A stretch of 64,000 nt of DNA from Eledone cirrhosa (Eukaryota), in the NCBI GenBank assembly GCA_964016885.1, contig OZ024743.1, positions 312,790,001-312,854,000 on the forward strand, in the 5' to 3' direction. The notes below the pieces were generated by a model. It saw only the letters and a program-made list of their open reading frames with translations, was not told the DNA's origin and ran no database searches. Position 1 is the first letter of the stretch. Each line of letters starts with the position of its first letter. A program made the translations under genes and the position numbers. This document shows positions 60,305-64,000 of the stretch, piece by piece.

Positions 60305-60547
60305 TTATTACTATATATATATATGGGATAACAAGTTATCGTTATAGGTAATCCACTTAGAGGTAATCCGGTTAGAGTACTCCACGTTGTGGATGGTTTT
60401 AACGTACGGCTTTGTTTGACTCAACAAGATGTTTCCATAGTTATGCAGCGAGTTCGCGGTAATTTCTATGCAGGTTATACTTGGAGTAATAAAAGTTAAA
60501 GAAAGAAGTGTAACATGGTTGGCTGTACAATAAGGGCTTTATTTAAA

Positions 60548-60658
60548 GTACTGACAATTGTTTCGTTGATCAGGTGAGTCTAGAGTTCACTAATCGCTTG
60601 AGGTTGCGTCAATCGATCTCCAATACATTGTTTACCTCTGGTCAACACATCAGAGCAC
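60548..60658 (-). ncRNA. Mirror copy of the 61201-61311 hammerhead-like motif
   Basis: Left arm of the 60493-61366 inverted repeat; same core and stems. Confidence 0.62.
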
Positions 60659-61200
60659 GTAGATATGAAAATAATTCACTCGAGGCAAGACTTATATAGA
60701 AGAGTAGCGTAAAACAAAACAGTAACATCAATAATAGAGCAGCGTATAATTAAAACAACAACATCAATAATAAAACATGTATGGTAAATAGATAGAGAAG
60801 CTACAGATGTAAAAAGTGACAAGTAAGATACAATGTAGGGTACATTAAAAAATAATAATAAGAAGAAGAAAATGAGGAAATGGAAAATACAAGGAAATAA
60901 AAGAAATGAAAGAGTGATATAGTGTACTTAGAGTTAGATTTTAGTAGTTCTTGAGAAAGTGTTCCTTGACATGAGAGGCCAGATTTTAGAAGTAGATAAA
61001 TTTGTGTGGAGGGTCCGGTAAAATAGAAAACAATAAAATAGAGATTAATTGATGTATACTATTTATGGGTTGACAGGTCATTTGATAAACGTTCATTGTA
61101 GATGTTGGTTGCTCTATCTTAATGAGGTTGATGTTACTGTTTTGTTTTACGCTACTCCTATATATAAGTCTTGCCTCAAGTGAATTATTTTCATATCTAT

Positions 61201-61311
61201 GTGCTCTGATGTGTTGACCAGAGGTAAATAATGTATTGGAGATCGAATGACGCAATCTCAAGCGATTAGCGAACTCTAGACTCACCTGATCAACGAAACA
61301 ATTGTCAGTAC
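61201..61311 (+). ncRNA. Type I hammerhead-like motif, A9->U variant, extended stem II
   Basis: GUGCU CUGAUGU GUUGACCAG...CUGAUCAAC GAAA CAAUUG UC|AGUAC. Palindromic CAAUUG stem III and GUC triplet. Confidence 0.62.
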
Positions 61312-61380
61312 TTTAAATAAAGCCCTTATTGTACAGCCAACCATGTTACACTTCTTTCTTTAACTTATATATATATATAT

Positions 61381-63220
61381 ATGAAGATTGGGAAGGCAAC
61401 CGGTCCATAGGGTATAGCTGCCGAGATGCTGAAAGCATTTGGGTCGGTAGGTCACACCATAACCACACGTATTGTTAACCAGGTAATACTAGAGGGTGTC
61501 ATACCAAAGGATTGGTGCAGCGGCATCATTGTCAACCGCTACAAGGGTAAAGATGATGCACTAGTTAGAGGAAACTATAGAGGTATAAAGCTGATGGACC
61601 AGGTCATGAAAGTAACGGAAATAGTTATAGCACAGTTGATTAGGGACCGGGTAAAATAGATGAGATGCAATTTGGGTTTGTACCAGGAAAAGGCACCACT
61701 GATGCTCTCTTTCTTGTGAGGCAGTTACAGGAAAAGTACCTAGTTAAAAGTAAGCCACTCTACCTGGCTTTTGTCGATCTGGAAAAAGCCTTCGACAGAG
61801 TGCCCCATGCTATAATCTGGTCGGCTCTTAGAAAACTAGGAGTAGATGAATGGCTTGTGAAAGCTGTATAAGCCATGTATAAAGGAGCAGTCAGCAAAGT
61901 TAGGGTTAACAATGGCTATAGCAAGGAATTTAGCATACAGGTCGGTGTCCACCAGGTCTCTGTTCTTAGCCCTCTCCTGTTCATTATAGTATTGCAGGCA
62001 ATAACAGAGGAGTTTAAGACCGGATGCCCATGGGAATTCCTATATGTGGATGATCTCACACTTATAGCTGAATCTATGGTAGAACTAGAGAAGAAATTCC
62101 AAACAAGGAAGCAGGGACTAGAAAGGTTCTCAAAATCAACCTGACAAAGACTAAGGTCCTCCTCATAAGTAGACGAGAAAACTGAACCCAGATCCCCTCA
62201 GAGAAATGGCCTTGCTCAGTATGTAGGTAAGGTGTAGGTAGGAACTCCATCCTCTGCCCGAAACAATGGGTACACAAGAGATGTAGTGGGATCTCAGGGA
62301 GCTAAGCTAAGAATGTAGGCTTTACATGTAGCAGCTGCACCAGGACAGTAAGCAGCAAATGGCCACAGGAAACAAGCACCACCAAACTCTGAGAGGGCTC
62401 TGTAGAAACATTAGACAGCTTTTGTTACCTAGGTGACCAAATTAACAGTGGAGGTGGGTGTTCAGAAAGTAGAGTAACCAGGGTAAGAATGGGATGGAAG
62501 AAGTTCAGGGAGCTACTGCCACTGTTAGCTGCAAAAGGCTTTTCCCTCAAAATGAAAGGTAGACTGTATGATGCGTGCATACGAACAATAATGTTACATG
62601 GTACTGAGACCTGGGCGTTGTGTGTAGAAGACTTGTGTAGATTAGAAAGAGATGAAGCTTGCATGCTCCAATGGATGTGTAATAGTAATATATGCGAATG
62701 GCAAAGCATAAACGAATTGAGAGAGTGAGCATAAGAGGAATCAAATGCTGTGTGGAGGAGAGGAGGTTCCATTGGTATGGAGATGTGATGCATATGAAGG
62801 ATGACAGCTGCATAAAAAGGTGCAGAGCACTAGAGGTCGATGGAAGCCGCAGAGTGGGGAGACACAAGAAGACCTGGGATGAGGTGATAAAAGCCGACCT
62901 TACCCAATTACACCTCTCAAAGGCGATGACACAGGAACATGACCTCTTGTGTCGCGAAGTAATACAGAAGACCTGACTTCCCACGGGTACAAGCCGAAGC
63001 TGAAGCATATAGACAATATGCCCCCACCCACTGCAAAAAAGCACCCAGCATTCACTGTAAATGAGGTTGGTGTTGGGAAGGGCAACCAGCTGTAGAAATC
63101 AAGCCAGAATCAATTCCCGGATGAGCAAGACAAGGTCAACCGACCAGGCACTGCCCACAACAGGACAACCCGTCTAACCCATGCTAGCGTGGAAGAACGG
63201 ACATAAAACGATGATGATGA

Positions 63221-63222
<2 letters not shown>
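61381..63222 (+). mobile_element. RTE retrotransposon, 5'-truncated and degraded
   Basis: Fragmented RT and C-terminal ORFs homologous to 55159-57500; 3' UTR with (GAT)n tail; (TA)n on both sides. Confidence 0.93.
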
Positions 63223-63265
<43 letters not shown>

Positions 63266-63268
<3 letters not shown>

Positions 63269-63541
63269 ATTAGAAATGTAAGCTATCGCCGTATTTTGAC
63301 TAAAGTAATTAAAGAAATTATTTAGCCTGATAGTGGGGTTAAGAACTCTCGGAGAAATGGAAAAAGATGAGTATTGACGTACATGCATGTACTCATCTTT
63401 TTCCATTTCTCCAAGGGTTCTTAACCCCACTATCAGGCTAAATAATTTCTTTAATTTCTTTAATTTCTTTATTCAAAATACGGCGATAGCTTACATTTCT
63501 AATAATTTCAAACCCACATGCTGTTTCGAAAATATTCTTAC
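63266..63541. mobile_element. Palindrome plus tail element within (TA)n; no clear HHR
   Basis: Near-perfect inverted arms 63266-63373 and 63390-63506, a tail of about 35 nt, and (TA)n on both sides. Confidence 0.55.
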
Positions 63542-64000
63542 ATATATATATATATATTTTATATGATGAAAGCGCACCATAATTTGCTTTGGTGTCCTTG
63601 AAATATGTATAATGAAATAAATATGGTTTTATAAATATAGTTTCCATTTGTTAATATATTGTATTTTTACTCCCAAAATTTGTTGAGTGCTTTATATCAG
63701 TTATAAAAATAGTTGCTTGTTGTATCCCAACAAATTAAATATAACTTCTACACATATATATATAATCATATATGTGAGAGGTAGTGATGCTCTGACATAG
63801 CATGATATAATGTGTCGGGGGGTTGTATATTGAATCTTATACAAAATGTTTATGTAAATAAACATTTTTGTAGCCTCGTTATGAATTTCGAAAGCAGTGA
63901 TTTATTCACCACTACTTTTAGCAACCAAGGGAGAACAGCCTGAGGGCACATTTCTGATTCTTTAGCTGTCATCAAAGAGGCTTACTCCTCTTGGATGCTG

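Larger units (their letters stand above)
60325..61366 (-). mobile_element. Penelope-like non-autonomous element: inverted pLTR-like arms plus tail, within (TA)n
   Basis: Inverted arms at about 60493-60745 and 61108-61366, each with an HHR motif and AATAAA. A unique tail lies at 60325-60492, with (TA)n on both sides. Confidence 0.65.

Overview
AT-rich, repeat-dense animal DNA, most likely a coleoid cephalopod (octopus-like). That assignment is an inference from the (TA)n load, RTE LINEs with (GAT)n tails, and tRNA/CORE-like and Nin-domain-like SINEs. The only confident host coding sequence is one 968-nt minus-strand exon (15743-16710) of a RIM/UNC-10 active-zone gene, with a probable next exon starting at position 49. 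Almost everything else appears to be intronic: RTE and CR1 LINE fragments, several SINE families, TTAA-flanked piggyBac-type MITEs, a Tc2/pogo-type MITE, Helitron-like ends and minisatellites. The most interesting signal is a set of small non-coding elements embedded in or next to (TA)n tracts. Most share an 'arm + inverted arm + unique tail' architecture, and they carry type I hammerhead ribozyme (HHR) motifs at about 36.0, 47.7, 52.2, 57.8 and 60.5/61.2 kb, with relics at 19.9, 22.4, 59.2, 63.3 and 63.9 kb. They resemble non-autonomous Penelope-like pLTR derivatives, several have non-canonical cores, and every well-formed locus has an HHR on the RIM sense strand. Coordinates were read by eye and may be off by a few nt; no database searches were run.
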